Of a stretch of 64,000 bases of DNA, positions 37,989 through 50,200 are shown piece by piece. The stretch is from assembly GCF_009914755.1 (NCBI RefSeq), contig NC_060930.1, one strand, 5' to 3'. Made by a program: the position numbers and the translations under genes. The notes under the pieces were generated by a model. The model worked only from the letters and a program-made list of their open reading frames with translations. It was not told where the DNA came from and made no database searches. This stretch comes from the human T2T-CHM13v2.0 reference genome, Homo sapiens. Numbering within the stretch: position 1 is the first letter of the stretch; every line of letters begins with the position of its first letter.

Positions 37989-38619
37989 GGAGCCAACATA
38001 CTGTAACTTTTCTGTGTTTTAGAAAACTCCTCTGTTTGTTTAGGTTATGGGTAGAAGGACTTGGGAACCTTGATAACCTCTGACTACTGTGTCCCCAACT
38101 GGGTGCTGTGTGGTGGCTCCCTGCTGCAAATAAATGGACTCTCCTTTTATTCACGATTCATGCCTCGAATAAAGACAGCAGCAGATAGTACATCTCTTTG
38201 AAAGATTTCTTTGCAACATGGATTCGGCCTTGAGAATTGTTCGATGTAAGCATGACTGAAATTTTGACAGAAAGATATTTAAACACAGGTCCAAATGCGG
38301 TATGATTCAGAAACAAGGATAGGTACAGATAAATCACCCTTCTTGACCGTAGAGATACAAACTATTGGATTCTGAACAACCATTAAGAGTATTTACCTTT
38401 ATTTTCTTTGATTTTTGTGAAGACAAAAAACATTGAGATATGTGAATTTATTGTTTTTAAACATGGTTTATCTCTTCCTCAAATATCCCTACTTCTCTCC
38501 AATAGGAAGCCAGGATGGTACATTTCCTAGTATCTACTTTCACACGCAGACCACATCCATACCCGTGCAAGCACACGCTCACGCACACACATGGGTGCGG
38601 GTGTGGTCCAGGAGCCGGG

Positions 38620-39229
<610 letters not shown>

Positions 39230-40613
39230 TGTTTCCTTCTTCTTTAAGCCAGTTCAGCCCGTTTCTAATCCCCGAAGCTCTTTGATTGTGCCCTCAGTGT
39301 AAATACTGAAGATGCTTTGGTAGTAACAACAACAAAATAAATCATTGAAGGTAGAAGAATGTGTCAGGAGAGGAAAAATGGATAGTCCCTCCCAACCTGA
39401 TCTCTCTATTTAAGTGATTTGGATCGGAAGAGCAAACAGTTTCTAGCAGATGTTAACACCAGTTAAATAATTAATTCCACGAGCTCAATCATGGTGTTGG
39501 CAAGTCAGTGACCTAAGGCCTCTGTCTGAGCCTGAGCGTCGAGTGACTCAAACATCGATTCAGGCATGAAGTCAGGCTTCAGGCTGGGCAGGGACGGGGT
39601 GGGGCCGCCTTAGGGTTTCCAGGCCATCTGTAGCTGAAAGCCAAGTGCGACCAGCAGGTCAGCACCCCTGGCCTACCCTGACATTCACTTCCAGATGCCT
39701 GGGAGGGTGGCGTGGCTTTAAGAGCTCTCGGGAAGGCCAAGGCCAGTTCCTGGCTGGAGATGGCTGTGGCCAGTGTCTTGGAAGCATCCAGGCACTGACA
39801 GGATGACTAAGTTTCTCTCCTGCTTGGAGAGCAGGGGGGATGATTACCAGGAGTGGAGAAACTTGCCTTCTTTTGGAAAAACGCAATGAAGGGATTCAAT
39901 TTCCAGAGCAATTAATCTAGTGCCTCTGGGGATTTTACCTGTGACTTAGGAGCTGCCTTCTGTGACCCCACTGAGGCCTGGGAAGACCGCCCTTCCTCAG
40001 TGCTGCTCGGAAGAAAGCGTTTGATTCAAGGAACACAGCACAGGCACCTCATGAGTTATGCATGAAAAATCACCAAGGCACACAAAGCCGGGCTGGCAAA
40101 GACCAACCTGATGGCACAGGAAGGACAGAGGCTCCAGTCGAAAGAGGCCACGTCCTCAGAGGACCTCGGGTGCTGGGTCAGGATGACAAGGGTTTACGTT
40201 TAGAATGAGTTGGGATAATGTCCAGTGACTTGTTTGGTTCTTTGAGTTAAAAAAAAAACACAATCAGCATTTATGTAACAAGTCTTTCAATTCTGCACGC
40301 TTACCAGGGCCCTCTGCGGCATCCTGCTAAGCAGGCATGACGGATGACGGGTGAGCCAGGGCCATTGGCCACAGCCCTTTCATTTTCCTGCAGAGCTCAT
40401 CAGGAAAGGCTGCTCTGACATGGAACCAGTAAGCTCTTCCCTCTACCTGCCGGGTGATTCACACGGGCTCTGAACCAACGTAAGTCCTGTGCTCACTCAT
40501 GAACAGGAGGGTTAGAACTCTACCCGCTCAGGGACCACTTACTGTGGTCTCCTGTATCTGATCTTTCTAAGGAAGGGAGAGGGGGCAGAAGCCCAATTCT
40601 TTCATTTTCTCAC

Positions 40614-41110
40614 TGTGGAGACCTGAAAAGTGACCCTTCCCAAGATATTTTTACTTCCTAATCTTCAGAACCTGTGATAAATATCTTACATGGTAAGAGA
40701 TGAGATTAGGTGAGGGATCTCTTGAGGAGGAGTTGATCCTGGATTTGCCTGGTGGGCCCTAAATGCAATCACAGGCCTCGGGGTGGGAGAAAGGCAGAGG
40801 GGTTTGGTCACAGACACACAGAGAGGGCAGTGTGGAGATGGAGCCGGGAGGTGCAGCTGCAGCCAGGGGAGGCCTAGAGCCCCGCAGAGCATCAGGAGGC
40901 TGGAAGGAGCCTTCCTGGACCTTCAGGGAAGCTCGCCCTGCCTGCACCTGGAACCGAGATCACAGGTCTCTAGCTGCAGTTCTGTGCGCCCTGCCTGCAC
41001 CTGGAGCCGAGATCATGGGTCTCTGGCTGCTGTTCTGTGAGCGGGTAGATCTGCTGGTTAAGGCCACCAGTCAGTGCCATTTGTCTCGGCATCCATGGGA
41101 GAGAAACACA
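40614..41110 (+). mobile_element. MLT1C/D-like LTR with internal 53-bp tandem duplication
   Basis: cctaatcttcagaacctgtga...atcctggattt..ggtgggccctaaatgcaatcacagg; duplicated unit at 40934 and 40987. Confidence 0.8.
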
Positions 41111-42036
41111 GTCCCTTTCTCCTTCCTGGAGCCCCCTCCCCTGTCCTTGGCTTATGTCCTCTGGCATGTCCTGAGCTGTGGCCACAGCGGGCCTCAGGCT
41201 CCAGGCCTTTCTGCCCAGCTTCTGCTATGGCCTAGCATGGTGGACCCTCCCTCACGTCCCATCCCTGACTCCCCTCATCCACCCAACTGTCCCCGCTCAG
41301 CCGCTGCGACCGCTCCCAGGAGAACGCTCTGTTCATTGCTCGGCACTGAGGGTTGTTTTATATAAATATCACTCGCGACAGTGGATGCCTCTTCAGGGTG
41401 GAACCCACGTGGCAGCTGGTGTGTCCCTGTGGGCAACTTGCTCATGACTTTGCACCATCACTGGAGGTTTAACAAAAATCTCATTTATTCAATTCCAGGC
41501 TGGAGGTAGCCTGCATCATTTCTTCATCTGGTAGGTAGTTTTCTTTTTTTTTTTTTTTTTAATTCAGGATTTAAACCCTTTCTAGGAAACAGACATCTCT
41601 AGAGAAAAATGAAAGCATAAATCTACCTCTATAAGCTTGAACAAATAAATTACAGTAAAGCACTGTTAACTCAAACTAACTTGAAGGAAACGCTGCTTAT
41701 TAGCAGGAAAGATCATTTAAAGTAAAATACACATGGTACCACCTTTGATCACTGTGGATTCTGGAGCAATGTTCATATTCCATGCAAGGATGCCAAGGGC
41801 CAGGTTCCAACGTGGGATTGTTTCTCCCGCCCCATGAGGGTCCATTGCCAAGGAGGGACACACGCAGGAAAATGGGAATTTAAAGGATTGCTGACTGTGT
41901 CTCCCAATGCCCCAACGAAGGACTCCAGAAAAGTGAGCAGGGGCCGGGCATAGAGCCCAGGCGAGGGTCCCAGGCTAGGCCTCGCTCCCAGCTCCTTGGA
42001 ACCTCAGCCCTGCTGGCTCCAGAGGCCAAGACTCTG

Positions 42037-42570
42037 TGATACAGGAGTTATTAAGAAATAATTTTTAGGCAGATAGTAAAGGTAAAGGTTCTTGGTGTAA
42101 ACTTTCCTGTAATAAAAAACACCCGAACCATCTCTTTTCTAACAGAAAAGGCGGCTTGAAGGGCCGGACTGGCAAGCTTTGATATGCAAATGCCGACCAT
42201 TAGAAACTGGATACCTCAATATGGCAATTCCCGCTGTCTTCTCCTTGCCAGCACGTGTACCAAGTTCATGGCCACCTCCAGATAACACCAAGTGTTGGGA
42301 ACATCATGGTGACCCACATTTGCATATTAAAGGGCTAAGGTGGGAGGGCCAGGTTTTTCTCAGGCTATGTAAATGACACACCTGGTCAAGCCAATCCCCT
42401 CGGCCTTATGCAAACCAGACACCGCCTCCTTCAGCGTCCCAATATAAGCAGCCACTTTTCCGCCCCACACGGGGGTTTTCTCTTTGTTTGAATCCCCCTC
42501 CCTCTGCTCTGTACAGGGGAGCTGCTTTCTTCTTCCTTCCTTCTTTCTTGCCTATTGAACTTTTTGCACT
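42037..42570 (+). mobile_element. LTR9-family (LTR9B-like) ERV1 LTR, 3'-truncated
   Basis: TGATACAGGAGTTA..AGAAAT..TTTAGGCAGATAGT; gcaagctttgatatgcaaatgcc; catttgcatattaaa; atgacacacctggtcaa..ccaatcccct. Confidence 0.75.
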
Positions 42571-43284
42571 GGGCCTGACACCCCTGCCACTGGCTCAGGG
42601 GCTGAAGGGGCCTGGACCCAAGTGACCAGTAAACAGCCTCGATCTCTCTGTCTCTCTGCATCTCTGTCTCTGTCTCTCTCTCGTCCAAATCTTCAGAGGC
42701 AGCCTGGCCTCCTGGGGATGGTGGGCTAGGCCTGTGAGGTCGGGGGGATCCAATCACTAAGCGGAAGGTGCAGAGCCCAGCCCACCCTGCCTCCCTGGCC
42801 CCACTGCTCTCGGAGGCATGGAACACACTGCCTCACTTCCTCACCACGGCCAGTGGAGACGGGGCAGGGGTCTGGCATTTGAAAGGGCCGTCCTGTTCAG
42901 CCCTGCCCCTGGAGAACCAGCCTCGGGTGTGCCTGTGACGGCTCCATGGAACAGGCCACTATAGATTCCGCCGTGACAGTCAGGATGTTGGAGGGCCCCT
43001 GCCACCATAGGGCCTGACTTGGGGCAGCCAGACCTGAGTGGGAGCAGGGATGGCCTGGTGGGAGAGGCCTCGGCTCACCACTCACTGGCTCTGCAACTCT
43101 TACTAAACCAGCACTGACAGCCACAGCCTCAAATCCCTCTGGTGCAAGCTTGGAGTTCGCGTTCATCCTTCCGTGTTTTCCGGGGGCTGAGCACGTTTCT
43201 TCCCGGCCTCCTGCTCCCCACAGAGATGAGGCTGTGCTTGGGTCACAGCTTCCCCTTCTGGAGGTTACATTCTGCTCCATCTTC

Positions 43285-43818
43285 AGTGTCTGTGATATGG
43301 GCGTGTGTCTGTTATGTGTGTGGCTGTGTGTCCCTGTGTGTTTGTGTGCTGCATATTTGTGTGTATATGTGTGTTGTGTTTTGTGTGTGTGGTATTTCTG
43401 TGCATTTGTGTGTCTGTACGCTCTGTGTGTATCTGTGCATGTGTGTGTCTGTGCATGTGTCTCCATATTCCTGTGTGTGTGCATGTCTGTATGCTCCCTG
43501 TATGCATGTGTGTGTGTATGCTCTATGTGTCTGTGTACATGTGTATATGCTATGTGTGTGTGCATATGTCTGTACACTCTGTGTGTGTCTGTGCACGTGT
43601 GTCTGTATACTATGTGTGTGTGCATGTGTATGTGCATGAGTGTGTCTGTGCCTGTGTCTGTACACTCTGTGCATGTATGTGCATGTGTGTGTCTGTGCAT
43701 GTGTGTATACTCTGTGTCTGTGCACATGTGTGTCTGTATGCTATGTGTGTGCATGTGTGTCTGTGCATGTGTGTCTGTACACTCTGTGTGTGTTTGTGCA
43801 GGTTGCATGTGTGCATGC
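43285..43818. repeat. 530-bp degenerate (TG)n/(TGCA)n low-complexity tract
   Basis: Near-continuous purine-pyrimidine alternation, e.g. gtgtgtctgtgcatgtgt. Confidence 0.95.
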
Positions 43819-44289
43819 GAGACCTTGCTTTGTTTGCCACATGTGGCAGCTCCCTAGGAAGGCGCCTCTGCAGGGTCCTGCTGCTCAAGCCTTCCCGCTG
43901 AGCTGCCTTCATGCTGCCCTGACCCACAGTTGAAAGCTGAGCTCTGCAGCCCGTGCCAGGAGCTCTTCTTGCTGTGTTTTTGCTGCAGGAAGCAGCAAAA
44001 TGGGTGCTGGGTGGAAACTGGAGCCAGGCCCCTCCACGTGCTGCTCTCGGGCCCCTGGAGATGACCAGGCCAGTGAGGGTGGGGCCTTAAAAAAACCTGT
44101 GGCCATGGGAGGGTGTGCCCGAGCCTGGGGTCTCCTCCTCACGGGGGCCCTGGCCACCAGCTGGGTGTGCACTTGCAGCCCCAAACATGCCCCGCGGATC
44201 CCACCCTCCAGCGTTGCTGGGTCCTGCCTGGCGCTGTGCTTCCTGCCAGCAGAGGGTGCGGTGACAGCCTGCCCCGTTGTTCCCTGGTG

Positions 44290-44624
44290 CCCCGAGTGAC
44301 TCTGTGCCCCAGAATCCCTAGGCTAACCTAAGCCCCAGTGTGGCTGCATTGGAGATGGGGCCTTGAGGGAGATCATTAAGGTTAGACGAGGTCATGGGGG
44401 TGGGCCCTGACCCCATGGGATTAGTGTCCTTGGAGGAAGGGATGCTGGAGAGCTCTCTCTTTCTCTCTCTCTGTGCACAGAAGAAGGAAAGACCTGTGTG
44501 GGCACAGCAGGGAGGCAGCCCTCTGCAAGCCAGGAGGCAGCCCTCTCCAGGAACCAGCCCTGCCCACGCCTTCATCTCAGACTCCATCCTCCAGAACTGT
44601 GAGAAAACAATTTCTGTTGTTAAG
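44290..44624 (+). mobile_element. MLT1A-type LTR, 3' end missing
   Basis: tggagatggggccttg...attaaggttagacgaggtcat...gggattagtgtcctt...cctccagaactgtgagaaaacaatttctgttgttaag. Confidence 0.88.
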
Positions 44625-44795
44625 TAGCCGGGACGACAGGCATGTACCTCCACACCCAGCTAATTTTTGTAATTTTGTAGAGACAGGGTTTCACCATGTT
44701 GCCCAGGCTGGTTTCGAACTCCTGGACTCAAGCAATTCACCCACTTCTGCCTCCCAAAGTACTGGGATTACAGGTGTGAGCCACTTTGCCCAGCC
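44622..44795 (-). mobile_element. AluJ, partial (left arm and start of right arm)
   Basis: aagtagccggg..acaggc...cagctaatttttg...ctcccaaagtactgggattacaggtgtgagccac; no poly-T end. Confidence 0.9.
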
Positions 44796-44960
44796 TCCAG
44801 AACCTTTTTATTTTCCCAAATGGAAACTCTGTCCCCATTAAACGCTCACTCCCCTTCCCTCTCCCTAGCTCCTTGCAGCCCTCACCCTCCTTTCTGTCTC
44901 TGTGGTTTGACTCCACTAGGGAACCTCAGATCAGTGGGTCCCACGATTATTGTTTATGCT
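44796..44960 (-). mobile_element. L1MB 3' UTR fragment
   Basis: tccagaacctttttattttcccaaatggaaactctgtccccattaaac...ctttctgtctctgtggtttgact. Confidence 0.8.
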
Positions 44961-45854
44961 GCTTGTATCTTTAGACATAATTGAGTTTTGAAATAAAAAA
45001 AGAAAATCAAAAATAAAACATCAAATTTTAAATCAAGAATTCAAGCTGTCTTTATTTATTTTACAAACAATAACATGGCCACGTGAATTCACGATTCTAA
45101 TGAAGTGTGACCTAGTCCTGCCACCCTGAATTCATCAGAGATCAGGGGCGTGGCCTCGGGAACCTCAGGTCTCAGGGAATCCACCAGGCCTTTCCCACAC
45201 AACCAAAGCGAGAAGCACAAGCGCATCTCAGCGTCTCTGCAAGTTTGTCGTCTTTCCTTGACTTCAACCAAATAGTCACAGAATTCACCTCTAAGAGTCA
45301 GGCCCAGGAGAATAATTAGCAAATCAATGTAATTTTTATTCCTTGTCTACTGGTATGAGAACTGTTAGATTATCAAGCCACTCTGTAATGAATGTCTCTT
45401 AATTAGTGGAGTTGACTTCACAAAACCCACTATGAACATATTTGGGGCACAGCCCTATGCTATAACCTGTAACAAAGCAAGGCCGTCATGAGCACAAATT
45501 CAGGGCAGGGCTCAGCTCTGAGGGGAGGGCAGTGGTGGGACCCCCGCCTTGGGTCCAGAGTTGTTTTTCTTAAGCTGGGTGGCGGGGCAAGGATATTCGT
45601 TACTGCCTCGTTGTACTGTGTAAGCGTTTTGTTGGTGCCTATCCCATCGAGAATACAGAACAACAGACAGAGGACACTGGTGCTCACTGGCTAGCCAGGG
45701 GGGCAGCGGGGCAGCAGGCAGGGCCGGAAGGCGTGAGAGGGGCAGAGGCGCTGCAGGATCCCCAGTCTGGAGACGTAGTTTGGAACGTCTGGAGATCCCC
45801 AGTTTGGAACGTAGCACAGCGTGCGTGGGGGGCAGGGGGCAGGGAGCAGGAGAG

Positions 45855-46028
45855 TCCACACTTGCGTGGGGCAGGGGCGGGGTCTACACTTGTGTGGGGC
45901 GGGGGCGGGGTCTACGCTTGCGTGGGGCAGGGGCGGCGTCTACACTTGTGTGGTGTCTACACTTGCGTGGGGCAGGGGCGGGGTCTACACTTGTGTGGGG
46001 TGGGGGCGGGGTCTACACTTGCGTGGGC
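45855..46028. repeat. G-rich minisatellite, 28-bp unit TCTACACTTGYGTGGGGCAGGGGCGGGG, ~6 copies
   Basis: Unit starts at 45855, 45883, 45911, 45939 (17-bp truncated), 45956, 45984, 46012. Confidence 0.95.
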
Positions 46029-46485
46029 ATCTGGAGGGTCAGGGAGGCTTCTCCGGACTTCATCCTGAAGGTGTAAATGCCACCCTCCTGCTGGGGTTCT
46101 GGAGGTTTCCTTGTGGTCCTGGGGTGGCCGGGGACCTGATGTGGGTCCTCATGCCCAGGGGGACCGAGGATCAGCCTGGGGCTGGGTGAGGGCCCGGATC
46201 TTGGAGGCTGCAGCTTAAACAGAGAAAAATGAGCGGATTTGAGAAATTTTCAGTTTCAGAGATGAAATTGACAGGCCAATGTGGTGAGTTGGAGCAGGAG
46301 GCTGAGATAGGGTGGAGCTTCCGAAAAAAGAAACAACATTTAGCTGAGATACAGCAGTACGCACAATGCCGAGCGCCTACTGAGTGTTCATGTTCCGGCA
46401 ATTTCACCAATCATTTTGTCTCTCAACCTCCATGGCGAGGGGGTTCTCTCTGCAGTCAGCCCCTCCCCAGACAGAGCCACCGCCT

Positions 46486-46724
46486 GGATCCGGGGATCTG
46501 AGGATGAAATCTCTGAGAGCCCCTCGTGGGCCCTGGAGGACAGATGAATCCGTGATGGGCAGCACGGATCCGGGGATCTGAGGATGAAAGCTCTGAGAGC
46601 CCCTCGTGGGCCCTGGAGGACAGGTGAATCCGTGATGGGCAGCACGGATCCGGGGATCTGAGGATGAAAGCTCTGAGAGCCCCTCGTGGACCCTGGAGGA
46701 CAGGTGAATCCGGATGGGCAGCAC
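46486..46724. repeat. Tandem repeat, 80-bp unit, 3 copies
   Basis: ggatccggggatctgaggatgaaa.. at 46486, 46566, 46646. Confidence 0.97.
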
Positions 46725-46983
46725 CCCCTCAGGCCCATTGTGAGTGGGATCGCGTTGGCTTCCCCCATGGGAGATGCCACTGCAAAGTCCAAATGCCTGA
46801 AGAGCCCCGACGGAGCCACGCCAGCCGGTTCTTTCTCCCCGAGGCACCTGCTGAGCTGCCTCGTTGACTTCCCACCCCAGTGGTTTGGAAAATGGGATGC
46901 CCATCATTTGAGCTGTGACTTCTGCCCCCTCTCACAGCCGCGTTGTGTCTTCACTTCACATTAATGTTAAAAAAAAAAATAGG

Positions 46984-47344
<361 letters not shown>

Positions 47345-48229
47345 TTACTCCATTCGATAGAAGCTGGAGAAAAAGGATGAGTGCCCCTGCCTGGAACCAG
47401 CCATGGCATTTACATCATGATGTCAGTTTGACTCAACGTCCGTCACTGCACTTACATCACTTCATAAGCAATTTCCCAACATTTCTGACGCTGTAGTCAC
47501 AAAAAAGAAATAAGGAGTCATGCAGGTCAGGTTTTGAAAATAGATCTAAAACCCAAGGCTAAACTTTCTAATAGCCAGTCATGCATAAGATTTAAAATTC
47601 TCCTCTTTCTAACACTTTTCCATGTAGATGTTCTTGTCCAGCCTCATCTCAGCAAGCTCAAATGAGAGTGAAAGGGGTATTGGTCTGATGTGGTCAGCAG
47701 ATGTGGCCTTATGCCTCCATGGGTCACTCGCAGGTTTGATTGATGCTCGTTGACTTACGGACGTTTCTGCCTGAGCGCTGTCTCAGGCCTCCTGGGGCTC
47801 GCTCTCCACCAGCGATTCCTCCCTCAGTTTCCACGTTTGCTTCTGTGACCGGCCTTTCCTTGGGTGCGTAGAAATAGTCACATCTCATATGTGGTTAGAA
47901 AATTATCCCTCAGCACTGGGTCCCCTTCTTTCTCTAATTCTTGCCTTCCCTTCACAGCGAGTCTACTCAGGACAGCGCCGTGGCAGACACGCATGTGGCC
48001 AGGCCCCAGGGGAGCTGTTCACACTCTTGTCCACGTTTGCAATGTGCACGGGTGCAGCTCTGTGCAGCCACTCTGCCGGGCGACCCTTTCCCGGCACCTG
48101 CCCTGGAAGCCGCTGGGCCCTGTGTCTCTGCACTGCCTCCCATTGACACTGCTCTCACCGAGGTCCCTGGGGGTGCCTTTCACCCTTCCCCAGCCGCTTA
48201 ACCACATCCGTACTCAGTATCTCTGCAGC

Positions 48230-48480
48230 ACTCAATACTACTGACCATGGAAATCCCGGCTTCCTAGGCTTCGTGACCTTGGTGGAACTGGGTTTTCTCC
48301 TCCTGTCTGTGGGGCCTCTGTCCCTTCAATGCAGGTGTTCCTTGGGCTCTGTTCCTGCACCTGACCCCTCCCTCTCCCTGCACCTGACCCCTCCCTCTCC
48401 CTCTCATTTCCATGGCTCCAGTTATCACTTGTGCACCAAAAACTCCCAAGCACAAGTTCGACCAAATGACCTTCCCTGGA
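48230..48480 (+). mobile_element. L2 remnant with 23-bp tandem duplication
   Basis: ctaggcttcgtgac...ggttttctcctcc...ggtgttccttgggctctgttcct...ccatggctccagttatcact...actcccaa; duplication at 48354 and 48377. Confidence 0.55.
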
Positions 48481-49062
48481 GAGCACCTGCCCTGCACGAG
48501 CCGCCTGGCGACCCTTTCTCCACCCCTGCCAGAGGGACCTCGCCAAACTCAGAGGTGAGCAGTCCTCCACCTTGCCAAACATCCTCTGGGCGTGGCAGGG
48601 AAGGTCGGATGCATGGGCAGGCGAGGGCCTTGCTGATCTGACCCCATCTACCCGTTCCCCTCCCCAGCCCAGTCACTCACCATTCCTGCCCCTCCAGGGA
48701 AGCCCTGGGCTCCATTTCACAGAACACATGAGCGTCCTAAGAAGATTCCGAGTTCTTTCATGTTCTCCTTCTGTGTACATGCTACTGTGGACAACCGCAG
48801 TGTCATTCATGACGCAGCTCCCGCTCCCTCTCTCTCCTCTGGAAGCTTCCATGACACCCTGTGTGGGGTGAGACCCCCACCAACCACCTGCCACTGTCGC
48901 ACCCCACCTGCCCGTATCGGAGAAGGTACAGCCCCACCCCATCACGAACAGGAAGCCCACTGGACAGAGCTACATCTGACACCGTAGGGCCCTCCCTTTC
49001 GGTATCTTCCAAACGGCTCATTGTCGATTAAATAGGAAATCATTAAGAGAAATACCGACAGA

Positions 49063-49132
49063 AACTAAATATTTCCATGGCCACTTAGACACAATACTAA
49101 CTAAATATTTCCATGGCCACTTAGACACAATA
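49063..49132. repeat. 36-bp tandem duplication
   Basis: aactaaatatttccatggccacttagacacaata identical at 49063 and 49099. Confidence 0.95.
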
Positions 49133-49689
49133 TTTTTTGGGGGACTCAGGCTTTTTCTCCGGCAGGAACTCACTGGGGTTTGTGTCTTTCTTGCATGAAC
49201 AAATGCCGAATGACTCTCTGACAATTTTCTGCTCATTTCCGCAGAGTAGGGTGAGGACTTCACAACCCTGCAGAGACAAACACGCTTTGGGACTTTTATG
49301 ATTTCTCCATCTGCTCCTAAGTCAACAGCAATTTTTGTAAAGCAGACAGAGTTTCTATCTTTCCAAAGCATTCACCTTAGTTTTTGAGAGAAACAAAGCT
49401 CTCTCCTTTCATGCTCTGCATCTTAGATATCACATTAGCATATTGTATTAATCACCTCCAGTCTTTTCTCTTTGATCACATTTTTTCACTAATAACACAT
49501 GTGACTTCAAGCACAGTTTAAATGAACTACCTAATTTGTAACAGAGTAAATGGGAATTCTTCAGGAATTCCTGACCCCAGGTGGTCACTGAGGGACCTCG
49601 CTTCTTTCGGAGCAGCATGGGAACCTCTTGTCGGCTCAGGGCTGTCTGCGTCCAGACCCCAAACACCTCGCCCTGCTGTCTTTCCTCAC

Positions 49690-49867
49690 AGCAGCCCCAT
49701 CATTTGCAACTCTCTGCTTTCATTTGCCTATCATCTTTCTTTCCTTCCAGAACATGAGAATCATGAGGACAGGGACTTTTGTCTGTTTACATTATCACTG
49801 TGTATAACTACACTAAAGAGCAATATTTCAGGTGCCTGATACATAAATATTTGTTGAATAAATAAAT
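49690..49867 (+). mobile_element. L2 3' end
   Basis: catgaggacagggacttttgtctgttt...ataaatatttgttgaataaataaat. Confidence 0.85.
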
Positions 49868-49913
49868 TTTCCTTTTTACTCATCTCACCATCAGATGGAG
49901 TTTGCATTCATTA

Positions 49914-50200
49914 AAAATTAGGTTTGGCTCTCGTTACAGATATTCAAAATGTCAGGAGTTTAAACAGGGCAGAAGTTTATTTCTGTCTCTCTTGAAGGTC
50001 AGGTGCAGAGACTTCGGGGCTGGTCACAGAGCCCAGACTGCTCTGGGAATTTGTGGGCCAGGACGCAGCCTCGGGCAGGGCTCCCGGAGCCGTGCCCCCA
50101 TTTCTTTCCCATCCTTTGTCCGGAAATTACACACATGGCCGCACTTACTGCGATGGGCGGGAGAATGTGGTTTTCATTCCAAGAGGCCGCTGTTTTTCCT
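49914..50200 (-). mobile_element. Old MLT1 (I/J-like) LTR
   Basis: ttaggtttggct..gttacaga...gtttaaacag..agaagtttatttctgtctc; cacatggccgcactta..ctgc..gggagaatgtggtttt. Confidence 0.55.

Noticed and set aside
42897-43933. Long ORFs up to 303 aa (His/Thr- or Cys/Val-rich)
   Set aside because: Translations of the (TG)n tract, open in many frames on both strands
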